NCBI GenBank assembly: GCA_963751455.1
Contig: CAVVUN010000015.1
Location: 972,304-1,036,303, forward strand
Reading direction: 5' to 3'
Length of the DNA: 64,000 bases
DNA from: Nitrospirota bacterium
GTDB taxonomy: Bacteria; Nitrospirota; UBA9217
Shown: positions 9,171 through 21,277 of the stretch, one piece after another
Numbering within the stretch: position 1 is the first letter of the stretch
Layout: the number at the start of each line of letters is the position of its first letter
Notes under the pieces: generated by a model
Told to the model about the DNA's origin: nothing
The model's input: only the letters and a program-made list of their open reading frames with translations
Databases searched by the model: none
Position numbers and translations under genes: made by a program

Positions 9171-9596
9171 ATGGCAAAAGAGATTACGGCAAAAATCAAG
9201 CTACAGGTTCCTGCAGGAAAGGCCAACCCGGCACCGCCGGTCGGCCCTGCTCTCGGTCAACATGGCGTGAACATCATGGAGTTTTGCAAAACATTCAATG
9301 CCAGGACCCAGAAACTGGGGGAGACGATCGTTCCGGTTATCATAACGGTTTATTCCGACCGGTCGTTTACCTTTATCACCAAGACGCCGCCCGCAGCGGA
9401 ACTCCTCAAGAAGGCCGCAGGGATTATCAAGGGCTCCGGCGTACCGAACAAGGACAAGGTCGGGAAGGTTACCCGCGCGCAGATCAAGGAAATTGCACAG
9501 ACAAAGCTGCCGGACTTGAACGCCGCGAACGTCGAATCCGCCATGCGGATGATCGAAGGCTCTGCAAAGAGCATGGGGCTTGAGGTCGTAGACTAA
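9171..9596 (+). CDS. rplK: 50S ribosomal protein L11
   Basis: 141 aa. [34 protein letters not shown]. Confidence 0.97.
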   Translation: MAKEITAKIKLQVPAGKANPAPPVGPALGQHGVNIMEFCKTFNARTQKLGETIVPVIITVYSDRSFTFITKTPPAAELLKKAAGIIKGSGVPNKDKVGKVTRAQIKEIAQTKLPDLNAANVESAMRMIEGSAKSMGLEVVD

Positions 9597-9597
9597 G

Positions 9598-9645
9598 CAA
9601 ATCCGAAAATCGAAGCACGAAATCCTAATTTAGATTTCAATTTGT
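9598..9645. repeat. AT-rich aaatcc/ggattt-type palindromic spacer element (rplK-rplA)
   Basis: aaatccgaaaatcgaagcacgaaatcctaatttagatttcaatttg; shares motifs with the elements at 10417, 11198, 15897, 20701 and 27508. Confidence 0.5.
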
Positions 9646-9700
9646 TTTATATGCGGGAGGTCACGCCTCGGCGTGACCGCCAATACCGCAAGGAGGAAGC

Positions 9701-10403
9701 ATGTCAGGGAAAAAGTATAAAGCAGTTGCAGCACTGGTGGACAGGACCAAGTTCTACGACGTTCAGGAAGCCATAGCCCTCGCAAAGAAAACAGCACGGA
9801 CTAAATTCGACGAGACGGTGGATCTGGCTCTCAAACTAGGCGTGGATCCCGAAGCAGGCCGACCAGATGGTGCGCGGCACAGTGGTGCTTCCGCATGGCA
9901 CCGGGAAAAAAGTCAAAATCCTGGTTTTTGCAAAAGGGGAAAAGGAAAAAGAGGCACGGGACGCGGGCGCTGATTACGTTGGCGCCGAAGATCTTGCCGA
10001 TAAGATACAGAAAGAAGGATGGACCGACTTCGACACCGTTGTTGCGACTCCTGATATCATGGGTCTCGTCGGCAAACTCGGCAAGGTGCTTGGCCCCCGG
10101 GGGTTAATGCCCAATCCGAAAACAGGAACCGTTACGTTTGATGTCACAAAGGCCATCAGGGAAATCAGGGCAGGAAAGGTTGAATACCGGGTGGAGAAGG
10201 CAGGAATCGTCCATGTGCCGGTAGGCAAGGCCTCCTTCGACGAGAACAAACTCGTGGAAAACGCGAAATCCGTCCTTGAATCCATTTTAAAAGCAAAGCC
10301 CGCTTCCAGTAAAGGCAAGTATGTCAGAAGTGCAACCGTTTCCACCACAATGGGGCCGGGTATAAAAATGGACGTTGCCCTGATTGAAAAAGAGGCAGGA
10401 TAA
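9701..10403 (+). CDS. rplA: 50S ribosomal protein L1, frame interrupted by one apparent extra base at 9848-9851
   Basis: Track ORFs 9701-9973 and 9867-10403 join to a 233-aa L1 (..[26 protein letters not shown]..) if one base of the ccc-g run is skipped. Confidence 0.9.
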
Positions 10404-10678
10404 TCCAGGACAAAACCAAATTTGAAGTTCCGAAACCGTAAACGTTCGGATTTCGGATTTAGAAATTAGTATTTGCAGTAACAAAAGGTCGGCACCCATG
10501 AGGGTGAGCGGTCCGAGACAGCGGGCACTGGTTGAGAAAGCGGTATTCTCTTCCGGTTTAAATCGTAAAAGAGCCTGCCGAGACCCCGGGTCAGAGAAAG
10601 ATAAGAGTGCGGTTCGCTGCTTTCTTTCGAGATTCCCGGGATGGTCATCGGGAACTCTTGGAAGAAAGGAGGATAGCG
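10404..10678 (+). promoter_or_regulatory. Long untranslated leader upstream of rplJ (position of the L10/L12 autoregulatory leader)
   Basis: 275 nt without a credible ORF between rplA and rplJ. Contains an AT-rich palindrome (10417-10470, hairpin tccgaa...ttcgga 10429-10450). The regulatory role is by analogy only. Confidence 0.4.
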
Positions 10679-11191
10679 TTGAATAAAGAAGAAAAAAAAG
10701 CTGCCATTGAAGAGCTTCGCGAAAAGTTCAGTCGCGCAAAGACTGCGGTGATTACCGGCTACACAGGGATCAACGTGGAGCAGATAACAGAGCTTAGATC
10801 CAAGCTGCGAACGGCAAAGGTCGAGTACCGGGTAGTAAAAAACACCCTCGCCCGCAAGGCGGCCGAAGGGACGGGCCTCGAGCCGCTCAAGGATTATTTC
10901 ATCGGTCCCGTCGGGCTCGCGCTGGGATATGATGATGTGGTTGCGCCGGCCAAGGTGCTCTCCGATTTCAGCAAGATCCAGGCCAAACTCGAACTCAAGG
11001 TCGGCGTGCTCGACGGCAGGTTGCTGAAGCAGGCTGACATCAAAGCGCTGGCAAGTTTGCCGTCGCTCAACGCGCTTCGCGGGAAGATCGTCGGACTTTT
11101 GCAGGCGCCGGCATCAAGAATCGTCGGCGTACTCGCGGCACCGGGCGGTCAAATAGCCAGGGTCATGAAGGCAAAGGCAGACAAGGGATAG
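10679..11191 (+). CDS. rplJ: 50S ribosomal protein L10
   Basis: TTG 10679 preceded by aaggagg. LNKEEKKAAIEELREKFSRAKTAVITGYTGINVEQ matches L10 N-termini; the track start 10607 adds a non-homologous extension. Confidence 0.9.
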   Translation: MNKEEKKAAIEELREKFSRAKTAVITGYTGINVEQITELRSKLRTAKVEYRVVKNTLARKAAEGTGLEPLKDYFIGPVGLALGYDDVVAPAKVLSDFSKIQAKLELKVGVLDGRLLKQADIKALASLPSLNALRGKIVGLLQAPASRIVGVLAAPGGQIARVMKAKADKG

Positions 11192-11197
11192 GGCAAG

Positions 11198-11316
11198 CTC
11201 GAAATACGAAGCACCAAATTCTAAATAAGTTCAAAATTCAAAGTAAGAAACATACACTTTGAACATTTTAACTTCAATATTGTTTAGGATTTCGAATTTA
11301 GGATTTAGAATTTCAC
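11198..11316. repeat. Nested AT-rich palindromes in the rplJ-rplL spacer
   Basis: Outer 11-bp perfect stem aaattctaaat (11216-11226) / atttagaattt (11303-11313). Inner 8-bp stem ttcaaagt (11237-11244) / actttgaa (11256-11263). Confidence 0.6.
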
Positions 11317-11350
11317 TCAAAAGTTTATAAATTCCTCGGAGGACATAATA

Positions 11351-11722
11351 ATGGCGGATTTAGCAAAGATCGTTGATGAATTGAGCGGTTTGACCGTTCT
11401 TGAAGCGGCAGAGCTGAGCAAGATGCTCGAAGAGAAGTGGGGCGTATCGGCCGCAGCCCCGGTTGCCGCTGCAGCAGCCGCAGGAGCAGCAGCACCGGCA
11501 GCGGAAGAAAAAACCGCTTTCGATGTGGTCCTGGCAGCCGCCGGTGCCCAGAAGATCAACGTGATCAAAGTAGTGCGCGAACTTACGGGCCTCGGCCTGA
11601 AGGAAGCGAAAGATCTGGTGGAAGGCGCTCCCAAGCCGGTGAAAACCGGAGTCACAAAAGAAGAGGCCGAGACCATGAAGAAAAAACTTACCGACGCAGG
11701 CGCAACTGTCGAGGTAAAGTAA
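11351..11722 (+). CDS. rplL: 50S ribosomal protein L7/L12
   Basis: 123 aa. Ala-rich hinge; C-terminal domain [27 protein letters not shown]. Confidence 0.97.
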   Translation: MADLAKIVDELSGLTVLEAAELSKMLEEKWGVSAAAPVAAAAAAGAAAPAAEEKTAFDVVLAAAGAQKINVIKVVRELTGLGLKEAKDLVEGAPKPVKTGVTKEEAETMKKKLTDAGATVEVK

Positions 11723-11747
11723 TACGTACATCAAGATGATTAAGCAA

Positions 11748-11790
11748 GTCCTTGCCCTCCGGCGGCAGTCCGGAGGGCAGAGGACTTTTT
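11748..11790 (+). terminator. Intrinsic terminator/attenuator between rplL and rpoB
   Basis: About 15-bp GC-rich stem gtccttgccctccgg / ccggagggcagaggac followed by ttttt. An rplL-rpoB attenuator is known in E. coli. Confidence 0.7.
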
Positions 11791-11900
11791 GCGTTTATGG
11801 ATGGTGCGGATTAATACGATGATATATATATTTTCAGCAATTATTCCTAAACAAAGCGTATTGATACCAGCCGGTCATTTTGCAGTAAAGGGGTGTAACC

Positions 11901-14900
11901 ATGTCTAAGGAAAAAAGAGAACTTACTCGTACACGCAGAGATTTTTCGAGGATTCCAACAATTCTGGAGATTCCTGATCTTATTGAAATTCAGAAACGGT
12001 CGTATGATTCGTTTCTTCAGAGGGATATCGCGTCCGATAAACGGAGGGATACCGGCCTGCAGGCCGCCTTCAAGAGCGTCTTCCCGATATACGACTTTAA
12101 TGAAACAGCAATGGTTGATTACCTCGGGTTCTCGCTGGGCGACCCGAAGTACAGTTTGTGGGAGTGTTTGCAGCGCGGCGCGACGTATGCTGCTCCGCTC
12201 AAAATCAAGACGCGCCTGGTATTCTTTGAAAAAGACGAACAGACTGCTACGAAGCGTGTAAAGGATATCAAAGAACAGGAGGTGTATGTCGGCGACCTCC
12301 CTCTTATGACCGAAACCGGCACATTCATCGTGAACGGCACGGAGCGCGTCGTTGTAAGCCAGTTGCATCGTTCTCCCGGCGCATTCTTTACGCACGACAA
12401 AGGCAGGACCCACGCGAGCGGGAAAATCCTGTATTCAGCCAGAATCATACCCTATCGCGGGTCCTGGCTCGACTTCGAGTTCGATGTCAAGGATATCGTT
12501 TATGTAAGAATCGACCGGCGAAGGAAGATCCCGGCAACGATCCTTCTGAAGTCCTTCGGCTATTCCAACGAAGACCTGCTGCGGATGTATTATCCGATCG
12601 AAAACATCAGGATCAAGAAGGACGGCTTTACACGGGGCATTCACGCCGAAGTTCTTGCAGGCCAGAAGGCGCCTGTTACGATCACCGATAAAGCCACGCG
12701 CGAACTGATCGTCAAAGAGGGGGCAAAGATCACCCGCGTCGCAATTAAAAAGATGGAAGCTGCGGGAATCAGCGAGATCCCTATCGCCCGCGAGGAACTT
12801 ATCGATCGAGTAGTTCTCCGCGATATCATCGATCCGGAAACCGGCGAAGTGCTGCTTCCTGCGAATGAAAAGATTACCGACGCTTTCCTGACAAAAATTA
12901 CCGGAACCAAGGTGGAGAAGATGGAAGTCATCTACATGGATGGCATCCATGTGATTTCCGCGCTTCGCGATACGCTGCTTTCAGACAAGGTACAGAGCTC
13001 GGACGAAGCGCTCCTTGAAATTTATCGCAAGATGCGGCCGGGAGAGCCCCCGACGGTCGAGATGGCGAGAAACCTTTTCTCCGGAATGTTCTTCAATTCC
13101 AAACGTTATGACCTTTCCTCAGTTGGCAGACTGAAGCTGAACAAGAAGTTAAAACTCGACATTCCTATCGATAAAACGACATTGACGGCCCAGGACGTGG
13201 TGGAAGTAATCCGCTATCTGGTCAATCTTCGCACAGGCAAAGGCGAAGTGGACGATATCGATCATCTCGGCAACCGCAGGGTGAGATCGGTCGGAGAGCT
13301 TCTTGAAAACCAGATCCGCATCGGCCTCGCCAGGATGGAACGCGCAATCAAGGAGCGGATGAGCCTGCAGGATGTGGACCAGCTCATGCCGCACGACATC
13401 ATCAACCCGAAGCCGGTCATCGCGGCGATCAAGGAATTTTTCGGATCGAGCCAGCTTTCGCAGTTCATGGACCAGACAAACCCGCTGGCGGAGATTACGC
13501 ACAAACGAAGGCTTTCCGCCCTCGGTCCGGGCGGTCTTACCCGTGAACGGGCAGGGTTCGAAGTGCGCGACGTGCATACCACGCATTACGGAAGGATTTG
13601 CCCGATCGAGACGCCGGAAGGTCCGAACATCGGTCTCATCGTCTCGCTTGCAACGTATGCCCGCGTGAACGACTACGGCTTCATCGAGGCGCCGTACCGG
13701 CAGGTTAAGGGGGCGAAGGTAAGCGACGATATCGAGTATCTATCCGCGGTGGACGGCGAAAATTACGTCATTGCGCAGGCGAATACTCCGGTTGACGGAC
13801 GGGGTAAGATCGCGGTGGACAGCGTGTCTGCGCGCGTTGCCGGTGAATTCAAACTGGTGAGCGCGGAGGAAGTTCAGTACATGGACGTATCTCCGAAGCA
13901 GATTGTGTCCGTATCGGCCGCTCTTATTCCGTTCCTTGAAAATGACGACGCGAACCGCGCGCTCATGGGCTCGAACATGCAGCGCCAGGCAGTGCCGCTG
14001 CTGAGGCCGCAGGCGCCTGTTGTAGGCACCGGCATGGAGCGCGTTGCCGCTAGAGACTCAGGGGCTATCGTATCGGTCAAGCGTGACGGCATCGTTGAAG
14101 GCGTCGATTCCACGCGCATCGTCATAAAAGGCGAGGATGCCAAGGGTAGAACGGTTGTGGATACATATCCCCTTACCAAGTTTTACCGCTCGAACCAGAA
14201 TACCTGCATGAATCAGAAACCGATCGTACGGGCAGGCGACAAGGTAAAAAAAGGCCAGGTGATCGCCGATGGTCCCGCGACCGATCTCGGGGAACTGGCG
14301 CTCGGTCAGAACGTTCTCGTGGCATTCATGCCCTGGAGCGGCTACAACTATGAAGACGCGATCATCATAAGCGAGAAACTCGTGAAGGAGGACCGTTATA
14401 CCTCCATCCATATCGAGGAGTTCGAGATCGAAGCCCGGGACACCAAACTCGGCAAGGAAGAGATAACGCGCGACATCCCGAACCTCGGCGAAGAGACGCT
14501 CAGAAACCTCGACGAGAACGGCATCATCCGCATCGGCGCCGAAGTAATGCCGGGCGATATTCTGATCGGCAAAGTAACACCCAAAGGCGAGACGCAGCTG
14601 ACGCCCGAGGAAAAACTTCTTCGCGCAATCTTCGGAGAGAAGGCGGGCGACGTGCGCGATGCCTCTCTCTACGCGCCTCCGGGCATTGAAGGCACGGTCA
14701 TCGACGTCAAGGTGTTCTCGCGCAAGGGCGAAGACAAGAATGAACGCCTCAAGACGCAGGAGAGCGAAGAGATCGCGCGGCTGCAGAAGGAATACCAGGA
14801 AGAGGTCAAAGCCGAGAAAGAAGACCGGTATAAACGCATCAGGCGCATCCTGATCGGCAAAACTGCCGCCGATAAGATTGTGAATGCCAAGACCGGCAAG

Positions 14901-15893
14901 ACTGAACTAGCCAAGGGTAAAAAAATAACAGCAGAGATTCTCGATAAACTTTCGGAAAAGGATTACGCCAAGATCAAGGTGGAGTCTGACGAATATCCCG
15001 CGAAACTGCAGGAGATCCTGGACAGCTCCGAGAACCAGCTCGGCATTCTCGAGGCAATTTACGACGAAAAGATAGGAAGGCTGAAACGGGGCGACGATCT
15101 GCCCCCGGGCGTCGTCAAGCTGGTCAAAGCCTATGTCGCGATGAAGCGAAAGCTTTCGGTCGGCGATAAGATGGCAGGACGGCACGGGAACAAGGGCGTG
15201 GTATCCCGGATCGTGCCCGAGGAGGACATGCCGTATCTTCCCGACGGAACGCCCGTCGAGATCGTGCTGAATCCCCTCGGTGTTCCTTCTCGTATGAACG
15301 TCGGACAGATCCTTGAAACGCATCTCGGCTGGGCGGCCAAGGCACTCGGGCTCCATGTCGCCACACCGGTGTTTGACGGCGCTTCGGAAGACCGGATACG
15401 GTCGCTGCTCAAGGAAGCGAAATTGCCGCTCACGGGACAGTCGATTCTGTTCGACGGCCGTACCGGCGATCCGTTTGATAAACCGATAACCGTCGGTTAC
15501 ATGTATATGCTGAAGCTGCACCATCTTGTCGACGACAAACTGCATGCACGGTCCATCGGGCCCTATTCGCTCGTCACCCAGCAGCCGCTCGGCGGAAAGG
15601 CCCAGTTCGGCGGGCAGCGTCTTGGAGAAATGGAAGTGTGGGCGCTCCAGGCGTATGGCGCGGCTTACTGTCTGCAGGAGTTCCTTACGGTCAAGTCGGA
15701 TGACGTATCCGGAAGGGCAAAGATCTACGAGGCGATCGTAAAGGGCGAGAATACCCTCGAGCCCGGGCTGCCGGAGTCTTTCTACGTGCTCATCAAGGAG
15801 CTCCAGAGCCTTTGCCTCGATGTGGAACTGATCGAGCGAAAGAACGAGAAAGAACGGGTAATCGGACTGGAGAAAATTTCGTCGGCAAGGTAA
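11901..15893 (+). CDS. rpoB: DNA-directed RNA polymerase subunit beta
   Basis: 1330 aa, collinear conserved RpoB blocks ([43 protein letters not shown]). Confidence 0.98.
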   Translation: MSKEKRELTRTRRDFSRIPTILEIPDLIEIQKRSYDSFLQRDIASDKRRDTGLQAAFKSVFPIYDFNETAMVDYLGFSLGDPKYSLWECLQRGATYAAPLKIKTRLVFFEKDEQTATKRVKDIKEQEVYVGDLPLMTETGTFIVNGTERVVVSQLHRSPGAFFTHDKGRTHASGKILYSARIIPYRGSWLDFEFDVKDIVYVRIDRRRKIPATILLKSFGYSNEDLLRMYYPIENIRIKKDGFTRGIHAEVLAGQKAPVTITDKATRELIVKEGAKITRVAIKKMEAAGISEIPIAREELIDRVVLRDIIDPETGEVLLPANEKITDAFLTKITGTKVEKMEVIYMDGIHVISALRDTLLSDKVQSSDEALLEIYRKMRPGEPPTVEMARNLFSGMFFNSKRYDLSSVGRLKLNKKLKLDIPIDKTTLTAQDVVEVIRYLVNLRTGKGEVDDIDHLGNRRVRSVGELLENQIRIGLARMERAIKERMSLQDVDQLMPHDIINPKPVIAAIKEFFGSSQLSQFMDQTNPLAEITHKRRLSALGPGGLTRERAGFEVRDVHTTHYGRICPIETPEGPNIGLIVSLATYARVNDYGFIEAPYRQVKGAKVSDDIEYLSAVDGENYVIAQANTPVDGRGKIAVDSVSARVAGEFKLVSAEEVQYMDVSPKQIVSVSAALIPFLENDDANRALMGSNMQRQAVPLLRPQAPVVGTGMERVAARDSGAIVSVKRDGIVEGVDSTRIVIKGEDAKGRTVVDTYPLTKFYRSNQNTCMNQKPIVRAGDKVKKGQVIADGPATDLGELALGQNVLVAFMPWSGYNYEDAIIISEKLVKEDRYTSIHIEEFEIEARDTKLGKEEITRDIPNLGEETLRNLDENGIIRIGAEVMPGDILIGKVTPKGETQLTPEEKLLRAIFGEKAGDVRDASLYAPPGIEGTVIDVKVFSRKGEDKNERLKTQESEEIARLQKEYQEEVKAEKEDRYKRIRRILIGKTAADKIVNAKTGKTELAKGKKITAEILDKLSEKDYAKIKVESDEYPAKLQEILDSSENQLGILEAIYDEKIGRLKRGDDLPPGVVKLVKAYVAMKRKLSVGDKMAGRHGNKGVVSRIVPEEDMPYLPDGTPVEIVLNPLGVPSRMNVGQILETHLGWAAKALGLHVATPVFDGASEDRIRSLLKEAKLPLTGQSILFDGRTGDPFDKPITVGYMYMLKLHHLVDDKLHARSIGPYSLVTQQPLGGKAQFGGQRLGEMEVWALQAYGAAYCLQEFLTVKSDDVSGRAKIYEAIVKGENTLEPGLPESFYVLIKELQSLCLDVELIERKNEKERVIGLEKISSAR

Positions 15894-15896
15894 GAA

Positions 15897-16000
15897 AGAC
15901 AAATTCCAAATAGCAGACACCAGAACCAAATGCCAAACGTTTGAAATTTAAAATAGCTAGAATTATTTGGGATTTGTATTTTAAGATTTGGGATTTGTCT
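15897..16000. repeat. Long AT-rich hairpin spanning most of the rpoB-rpoC spacer
   Basis: agacaaattccaaat (15897-15911) pairs with atttgggatttgtct (15986-16000), 15 bp with one G-U. The interior holds further ccaaa/tttgg repeats. Confidence 0.6.
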
Positions 16001-16016
16001 TAACAGGAGGTTCAAA

Positions 16017-19000
16017 GTGGAAGACAAACGGATGACAGAAAGTAAGGCCAGAGCAGATGTCATGAGCTTGTTCGAAAAGCCGAAAGACATCAGTTTTGAC
16101 GCAATGCGTATAAAAATAGCCTCTCCGGAGCGGATCAAGGAATGGTCTTTCGGCGAGGTGAAGAAGCCGGAGACCATTAATTACCGCTCATTCAAGCCCG
16201 AGCGTGACGGCCTCTTCTGTGCGAAGATATTCGGTCCTATCAAGGACTGGGAATGCCTGTGCGGCAAGTATAAGCGGATGAAACATCGCGGGATCGTATG
16301 CGACAAGTGCGGTGTCGAAGTGATCCAGTCCAAGGTGCGCCGGGAGCGCATGGGCCACATCGAGCTCTCGTCTCCGGTTGCCCATATCTGGTTCCTCAAG
16401 GGACTCCCGAGCCGTATCGGAACGCTTCTCGACATGACGCTCAGGCAGTTGGAGAAAGTCCTTTATTTCGAGAACTATGTCGTGGTGGACGGGGCCGATA
16501 CGCCGCTCAAGAATAAAGAACTGCTGACCGAAGAAAAATTCCGCAAGGCGCAGCTGGAGTACGGCGTGTCCTCGTTCAAGGCCGGCATGGGCGCAGAGGC
16601 GATCCGGGAAATGCTGAATGCCATCGATCTCGAGGTCGAGTCCGAGGACATCCGCAAGAAGATCGAGACCGCAACATCCATGGCGACCAAGAAAAAGCTG
16701 ACGAAGCGGCTCAAGGTGATCGAAGCTTTCCGCAAGTCGGGCAATAAGCCGGCTTGGATGATCCTCGACGTGATCCCGGTGATTCCGCCGGAATTGAGGC
16801 CCCTGGTTCCCCTCGAAGGCGGCCGGTTCGCCACATCCGATTTGAACGACCTCTATCGGAGAGTGATCAACCGCAATAATCGGCTGAGGCGGCTTGAAGA
16901 GCTGAAAGCGCCTTCGGTCATCATCCGGAACGAAAAACGGATGCTCCAGGAGGCGGTGGACGCCCTCTTTGACAACGGCAGGCGAGGCAGAGTGCTGCGC
17001 GGCCCGAACAAACGGCCGCTCAAGTCCCTCTCGGATATGCTTAAGGGAAAACAGGGACGGTTCCGCCAGAACCTGCTCGGGAAGCGTGTAGACTACTCAG
17101 GCCGTTCGGTGATCGTGGTTGGTCCGGACCTCAAGCTTCATCAGTGCGGTTTGCCGAAAAAGATGGCGCTTGAACTGTTCAAGCCCTTCATTTTCAACAA
17201 GCTTGAGGAAAAGGGATATGCGACGACCATCAAGAGCGCCAAGAAGATGATTGAACGCGAGCGGCCCGAGGTGTGGGATGTGCTGGAAGAGGTGATCCAG
17301 GAGCACCCGGTGCTTCTGAACCGCGCTCCAACCCTGCACCGTCTCGGCATTCAGGCCTTCGACCCCGTGCTCGTGGAAGGCAAAGCCATCCGCCTGCATC
17401 CCCTGGTCTGCGCGGCATTCAACGCGGACTTCGACGGCGACCAGATGGCGGTCCATATACCGCTCTCGGTCGAGGCACAACTCGAGGCGCGCGTGCTCAT
17501 GCTCTCCATCAACAACGTGCTGTCTCCGGCGAACGGAAGGCCGATCACGGTTCCTTCGCAGGACATCGTGCTCGGCTGCTATTACCTTACGAAGGCGCGC
17601 TCCGGCGCGCGCGGTGAGGGCAAGATATTCTCGGGCCGGGATGAAGTACGCATTGCGTACGACCAGCGCATGGTGGATATCCACGCCCGTGTTCGGGTGC
17701 GTATGAACGGCAAGATCGAAGAAACAACCGTCGGAAGGGTCCTTTTCAGCGATATCCTGCCTGAAAGCATCCCGTTTTCGTCAGTCAACAGAGACATGAA
17801 CAAAAAGGAACTCGCGAAACTGATCGACGAGTGCTACCGGAAGCTCGGGTTGCGAAGGACGGTCGTTCTCATAGATGATCTGAAAGAAGTCGGCTTCAAG
17901 TACGCTATGCGCGCCGGCATCTCGATCTGCATTTCAGACATGCATATTCCGAGCAAGAAGCAGAAATTCATCGACCAGGCTCAAAAAGAGGTCATGGAGA
18001 TCCATCATCAGTACACGGAGGGCCTCATCACGAACGGCGAGCGCTACAACAAGGAAATCGACATCTGGGCGAACGTGACCGAGAAAATCGCAGACGAAAT
18101 GATGGCCGAACTCGGTATGGAGGCGGTGGAGATCGGGAGCGCGAAGAAGTCGGAGCTCCAGGAAGCCCGTTCGTTCAACAACATCTTCATGATGGCCGAC
18201 TCCGGGGCGCGCGGCAGCACTCAGCAAATCAGGCAGCTTGCGGGCATGCGCGGCCTTATGGCCAAGCCTTCGGGTGAAATCATCGAAACGCCGATTACTG
18301 CGAACTTCCGGGAAGGTCTCACCGTGCTGCAGTACTTCATTTCGACGCATGGCGCGCGCAAGGGTCTCGCGGATACGGCACTCAAGACTGCCAATTCCGG
18401 GTACCTGACGAGAAGGCTCGTGGACGTGTCCCAGGACGTAATCATCACCCAGGACGACTGCGGAACCACCGACGGAATCATCGTCGGATCTCTTGTAGAA
18501 GGCGGCGAAATCATCGAGCCGTTGTCCGAGCGTATTCTGGGCCGCGTAGCAGCCGAGGACATCAAGGACCCGATCACCAAGGACGTGATTATCGGCACTC
18601 GCAGGGAAATCAATGAAGAGCTGGTCAAGCGGGTCGAGGAATCCGGAATAGACCGGATCAAGATACGTTCGGTTCTTACCTGTCAGTCCCTGAGGGGAGT
18701 ATGCCGGATGTGTTACGGCCGCGATCTCGGCCGCGGCAAGCTCGTGGACATCGGCGAGGCAATCGGCATTGTTGCGGCCCAGTCGATCGGCGAGCCGGGA
18801 ACACAGCTCACGATGAGAACATTCCATATCGGCGGCACGGCAAGTAAAGTCGTTGAACAGACCGTGCTCGAGGCGAAAAACGCGGGCGCCGTCAAGTACC
18901 TGAATCTGAATACAGTGAAGAACAAAGACGGCGACTTCGTGGTCATGTCGCGCAGTGGAAACATTGCGATCTACGATGAGACAGGACGTGAAAAGGAAAA

Positions 19001-20153
19001 GTACGCCATCATTTACGGAGCCCGGTTAAAGGTGCAGGATGGGCAAAAGGTGGATGTGGCCCAGAAACTCGTGGAATGGGATCCCTATTCACTGCCGATC
19101 CTTACCGAAATCGGAGGGAAAATCGCCTTCGGCGACATCATCGAAGGCGTAACGATGCGCGAGGAAGTCGACGAAGTCACCGGGTTGTCACGCAAGGTCA
19201 TCATTGATTATCCCAACCAGAATCTGCGGCCGAGAATTTCGATCAAGGACCAGAGTGGAAAGACCGCCAGGCTGCCGGGCTCGAATGTTGTTGCCCGGTA
19301 TCTGCTGCCTGCGGGAGCGCACATCCTGGTCGACAAGGGCCATGAAGTTTTCCCCGGGGACATCCTGGTCAAGATACCCCGAGAAACAACGAAGACAAAA
19401 GACATCACCGGAGGTCTGCCGCGCGTGGCCGAACTCTTCGAGGCCAGAAAGCCGAAAGAGCAGGCCATTATCAGTGAAATCGACGGAACAGTGGAGTTCG
19501 GCGGATTTGTGAAAGGTATGAGGCGCATCCTGGTGAAGGACGGTATGGGCAACGAGAAGGAATACCTTATCCCGAAGGGCAAACACGTGAACGTGCATGA
19601 GGGTGACTGGGTGACCGCGGGCGAACCACTCATGGACGGCCCTGTCGACCCGCACGATATTCTGAGTGTACTCGGTCCCCGGGAACTCCAGAAGTACCTC
19701 GTGGACGAAGTGCAGCAGGTCTACCGGCTCCAGGGTGTGAGCATTAACGACAAACACATCGAGGTTATCGTCCGGCAGATGCTGCGCAAGGTCAGGATCG
19801 AGGAAGCAGGAGGAACTCCCTTCCTTATCGGGGAGCAGGTGGACCGCTTCTCCTTTGCCAAGGAGAACGAGAATATCATGGCCAAGGGCGGGCAGCCTGC
19901 GACGGCACGTCCGATCCTGCTGGGTATCACCAAGGCTTCGCTTACGACGGACAGCTTTATCTCAGCTGCATCGTTCCAGGAGACTACGCGCGTCCTGACC
20001 GAGGCCGCGATTACCGGTGCGGTGGACGACCTGGTTGGGTTGAAGGAAAATGTGATCATGGGTCGCTTGATTCCAGCCGGTACGGGTATGACCGAATACA
20101 GAAACACCTATGTCGAAGTGGAAAACGAGACGGCTCAGGAACCGGTGGAGTAA
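16017..20153 (+). CDS. rpoC: DNA-directed RNA polymerase subunit beta'
   Basis: 1378 aa. GTG start after aggagg; zinc-binding CLCGKYK...CDKCGV and catalytic NADFDGDQM motifs. Confidence 0.98.
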   Translation: MEDKRMTESKARADVMSLFEKPKDISFDAMRIKIASPERIKEWSFGEVKKPETINYRSFKPERDGLFCAKIFGPIKDWECLCGKYKRMKHRGIVCDKCGVEVIQSKVRRERMGHIELSSPVAHIWFLKGLPSRIGTLLDMTLRQLEKVLYFENYVVVDGADTPLKNKELLTEEKFRKAQLEYGVSSFKAGMGAEAIREMLNAIDLEVESEDIRKKIETATSMATKKKLTKRLKVIEAFRKSGNKPAWMILDVIPVIPPELRPLVPLEGGRFATSDLNDLYRRVINRNNRLRRLEELKAPSVIIRNEKRMLQEAVDALFDNGRRGRVLRGPNKRPLKSLSDMLKGKQGRFRQNLLGKRVDYSGRSVIVVGPDLKLHQCGLPKKMALELFKPFIFNKLEEKGYATTIKSAKKMIERERPEVWDVLEEVIQEHPVLLNRAPTLHRLGIQAFDPVLVEGKAIRLHPLVCAAFNADFDGDQMAVHIPLSVEAQLEARVLMLSINNVLSPANGRPITVPSQDIVLGCYYLTKARSGARGEGKIFSGRDEVRIAYDQRMVDIHARVRVRMNGKIEETTVGRVLFSDILPESIPFSSVNRDMNKKELAKLIDECYRKLGLRRTVVLIDDLKEVGFKYAMRAGISICISDMHIPSKKQKFIDQAQKEVMEIHHQYTEGLITNGERYNKEIDIWANVTEKIADEMMAELGMEAVEIGSAKKSELQEARSFNNIFMMADSGARGSTQQIRQLAGMRGLMAKPSGEIIETPITANFREGLTVLQYFISTHGARKGLADTALKTANSGYLTRRLVDVSQDVIITQDDCGTTDGIIVGSLVEGGEIIEPLSERILGRVAAEDIKDPITKDVIIGTRREINEELVKRVEESGIDRIKIRSVLTCQSLRGVCRMCYGRDLGRGKLVDIGEAIGIVAAQSIGEPGTQLTMRTFHIGGTASKVVEQTVLEAKNAGAVKYLNLNTVKNKDGDFVVMSRSGNIAIYDETGREKEKYAIIYGARLKVQDGQKVDVAQKLVEWDPYSLPILTEIGGKIAFGDIIEGVTMREEVDEVTGLSRKVIIDYPNQNLRPRISIKDQSGKTARLPGSNVVARYLLPAGAHILVDKGHEVFPGDILVKIPRETTKTKDITGGLPRVAELFEARKPKEQAIISEIDGTVEFGGFVKGMRRILVKDGMGNEKEYLIPKGKHVNVHEGDWVTAGEPLMDGPVDPHDILSVLGPRELQKYLVDEVQQVYRLQGVSINDKHIEVIVRQMLRKVRIEEAGGTPFLIGEQVDRFSFAKENENIMAKGGQPATARPILLGITKASLTTDSFISAASFQETTRVLTEAAITGAVDDLVGLKENVIMGRLIPAGTGMTEYRNTYVEVENETAQEPVE

Positions 20154-20161
20154 AAAAAATG

Positions 20162-20214
20162 ACAGGTGCACAGCGGAGCAGCTCTCTGTCGCAGTGCATT
20201 CTCTGCGCACCTGT
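20162..20214 (+). terminator. Long hairpin after rpoC (possible terminator, no clear U-tract)
   Basis: acaggtgcacag (20162-20173) pairs with ctgcgcacctgt (20203-20214); followed by tatataatt rather than a T-run. Confidence 0.35.
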
Positions 20215-20233
20215 TATATAATTAAAAAATAGC

Positions 20234-20262
20234 TTGACAATAGCGGTCTATATGGATATAAT
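20234..20262 (+). promoter_or_regulatory. Consensus sigma70 promoter of the str operon (rpsL)
   Basis: TTGACA (20234-20239), exactly 17-nt spacer, TATAAT (20257-20262); 65 nt upstream of rpsL. Confidence 0.65.
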
Positions 20263-20326
20263 CACCGGGTTTTGACTCAACGTTTCAAAAAATTTGCTAT
20301 GTCTGTGTTTTTAAGGAGTAATTGCC

Positions 20327-20698
20327 GTGCCGACCATTAGTCAACTAGTAAGAAAAGGCAGGACTTTGGCAGCTATCAAGACCAAAAGCCCCGCCCTCAA
20401 GAGCTGCCCCCAGAAGCGTGGAGTCTGCATCAGAGTGTACACCACGACGCCGAAGAAGCCGAACTCTGCGCTCCGGAAAGTTGCCAGGGTGAGACTTACC
20501 AACGGTATGGAAGTGACCACGTATATACCGGGAGTCGGCCATAACCTGCAGGAACACTCCATTGTGCTCATCCGCGGAGGAAGGGTAAAGGATCTTCCCG
20601 GTGTGCGGTACCATATTGTGCGCGGTACGCTCGATACCGTCGGGGTTGCGAATCGCAAGCAGGGTCGTTCGAAGTACGGCGCAAAAAGACCGAAGTAA
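20327..20698 (+). CDS. rpsL: 30S ribosomal protein S12
   Basis: 123 aa. [11 protein letters not shown]...[16 protein letters not shown]. Confidence 0.98.
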   Translation: MPTISQLVRKGRTLAAIKTKSPALKSCPQKRGVCIRVYTTTPKKPNSALRKVARVRLTNGMEVTTYIPGVGHNLQEHSIVLIRGGRVKDLPGVRYHIVRGTLDTVGVANRKQGRSKYGAKRPK

Positions 20699-20700
20699 GG

Positions 20701-20765
20701 ACTAATTCTAAACACGAACCCTCGAAATCCTAAACGTTTAGATATAAATTAGGAATTCGAAATTA
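20701..20765. repeat. AT-rich palindromic spacer element (rpsL-rpsG)
   Basis: Perfect 10-nt palindrome taaacgttta (20731-20740), flanked by cgaaatcc (20723-20730) / ggaattcg (20752-20759). Confidence 0.5.
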
Positions 20766-20781
20766 TCCGTAAGGATCGAAT

Positions 20782-21252
20782 ATGCCAAGAAAAAGCGTTG
20801 TAGTAAAAAGAGAAGCATTACCGGATCCGAAATACAACAGCAAGATGCTGGCAAAGTTTGTGAACGTGCTTATGCGCAAGGGCAAGAAGAGCACGGCCGA
20901 AGCCATCTGCTACAAGGCGCTTGACCGCATCCAGGAGAAGACCAAGGGCGATCCGATCGTCGTTTTCAAGAAGGCGGTGGAAAACCTGAAGCCAAGCCTT
21001 GAGGTGAAATCCCGGAGAGTGGGCGGCGCGTCTTACCAGGTGCCGATCGAAGTCAAGCAGCCCCGCAGGCTTTCGCTTGCATACCGCTGGCTCCGGATGT
21101 ACGCGTCCCTGCGGCCCGAGAAATCCATGGTTGATAAACTTGCCGGAGAAATTCTGGATGCATCGAATAATACCGGTGCAGCAGTAAAGAAAAGAGAAGA
21201 CGTACATCGTATGGCAGAGGCCAATAAAGCCTTCGCCCACTATCGCTGGTAG
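20782..21252 (+). CDS. rpsG: 30S ribosomal protein S7
   Basis: 156 aa. [20 protein letters not shown]...AFAHYRW. Confidence 0.98.
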   Translation: MPRKSVVVKREALPDPKYNSKMLAKFVNVLMRKGKKSTAEAICYKALDRIQEKTKGDPIVVFKKAVENLKPSLEVKSRRVGGASYQVPIEVKQPRRLSLAYRWLRMYASLRPEKSMVDKLAGEILDASNNTGAAVKKREDVHRMAEANKAFAHYRW

Positions 21253-21277
21253 TCTTCATCAAGAAGCGGAGGAAGTT

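Noticed and set aside
14907-15929. 340-aa minus-strand ORF inside rpoB. Similar long antisense ORFs lie at 17934-18827 and 17097-17684 (rpoC), 26369-27097 (rplW/rplB) and 34483-35193 (secY).
   Set aside because: All lie fully antisense to highly conserved genes and have shadow-frame composition. This is typical stop-codon depletion opposite GC3-rich coding sequence.
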